Shown here: positions 63,860 to 64,000 of the stretch, one piece after another
Layout: each line of letters opens with the position of its first letter
Position numbering within the stretch: the first letter of the stretch is position 1
NCBI GenBank assembly: GCA_041483195.1
Contig: JBGPFC010000020.1
Coordinates: 9,855-73,854, forward strand
DNA length: 64,000 nucleotides
From: Candidatus Eiseniibacteriota bacterium
GTDB taxonomy: Bacteria > Eisenbacteria > RBG-16-71-46
Direction of reading: 5' to 3'
Position numbers and translations under genes: made by a program
Notes under the pieces: model-generated
What the model was told of the DNA's origin: nothing
The model's input: the letters and a program-made list of their open reading frames with translations, nothing else
Database searches by the model: none

Positions 63860-64000
63860 TGTAGTTCCGCAGTGAAAATGTCCGGGTTAACTCCGCTGTG
63901 ATTAGGTCCGAGGCATGGACCCCATACCGATGTCACTGCGAGAAGCCCGACGGCTGGGCTTGTTGGAAGCCGCACTGCGAGGAGAAGTGACGAACGTACA
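63860..64000 (+). mobile_element. Left end of IS1202/ISNCY (IS481-related) insertion sequence
   Basis: TGT-initiated end TGTAGTTCCGCAGTGAAAATGTCC, subterminal repeat, then a transposase-like start. Confidence 0.65.
63915..64000 (+). CDS. Transposase N-terminus (partial)
   Basis: GAGG RBS; MDPIPMSLREARRLGLLEAALRGEVTNV resembles the MS.KE..RL.....G.LT pre-HTH segment of ISNCY/IS1202 transposases. Confidence 0.6.
   Translation, partial: MDPIPMSLREARRLGLLEAALRGEVTNV

Overview
GC-rich bacterial chromosome segment. The FlgD/T9SS-like C-terminal domains and the [ST]WGxxKARYR protein tails suggest an FCB-group lineage such as Ca. Eisenbacteria; this is inference. Housekeeping genes: argF (partial), apbE, carA-carB, folP, cdaA, a tRNA(CAT), tilS-hpt-ftsH, a fadIJ/fadD/fadL fatty-acid locus, and a MrfA/MrfB-like helicase plus exonuclease. 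There are also many peptidases and surface proteins. Main unusual features: (1) a 448-aa intein with an HTH and a LAGLIDADG endonuclease inside the FtsH ATPase, with AT-rich recoded flanks; (2) a methyltransferase gene inserted between 245-bp direct repeats that copy a csp 3' end and the DUF885 5' end; (3) a ~3.8-kb decayed island on the 5' side of the tRNA, carrying AbiV-like and DUF4145 genes, two WGxxKARYR-tailed secreted proteins and a dead tyrosine integrase; (4) a candidate trans-envelope lipid-uptake system of FadL, a catalytically dead SGNH lipoprotein and an RMDN-like secreted TPR protein; (5) an sxtK/J/I-like carbamoyltransferase trio divergent from carAB; (6) two tandem paralog pairs of unknown surface proteins; (7) the left end of an IS1202/ISNCY-like element at the window edge. 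All family assignments come from motif recognition by eye; no database searches were run.
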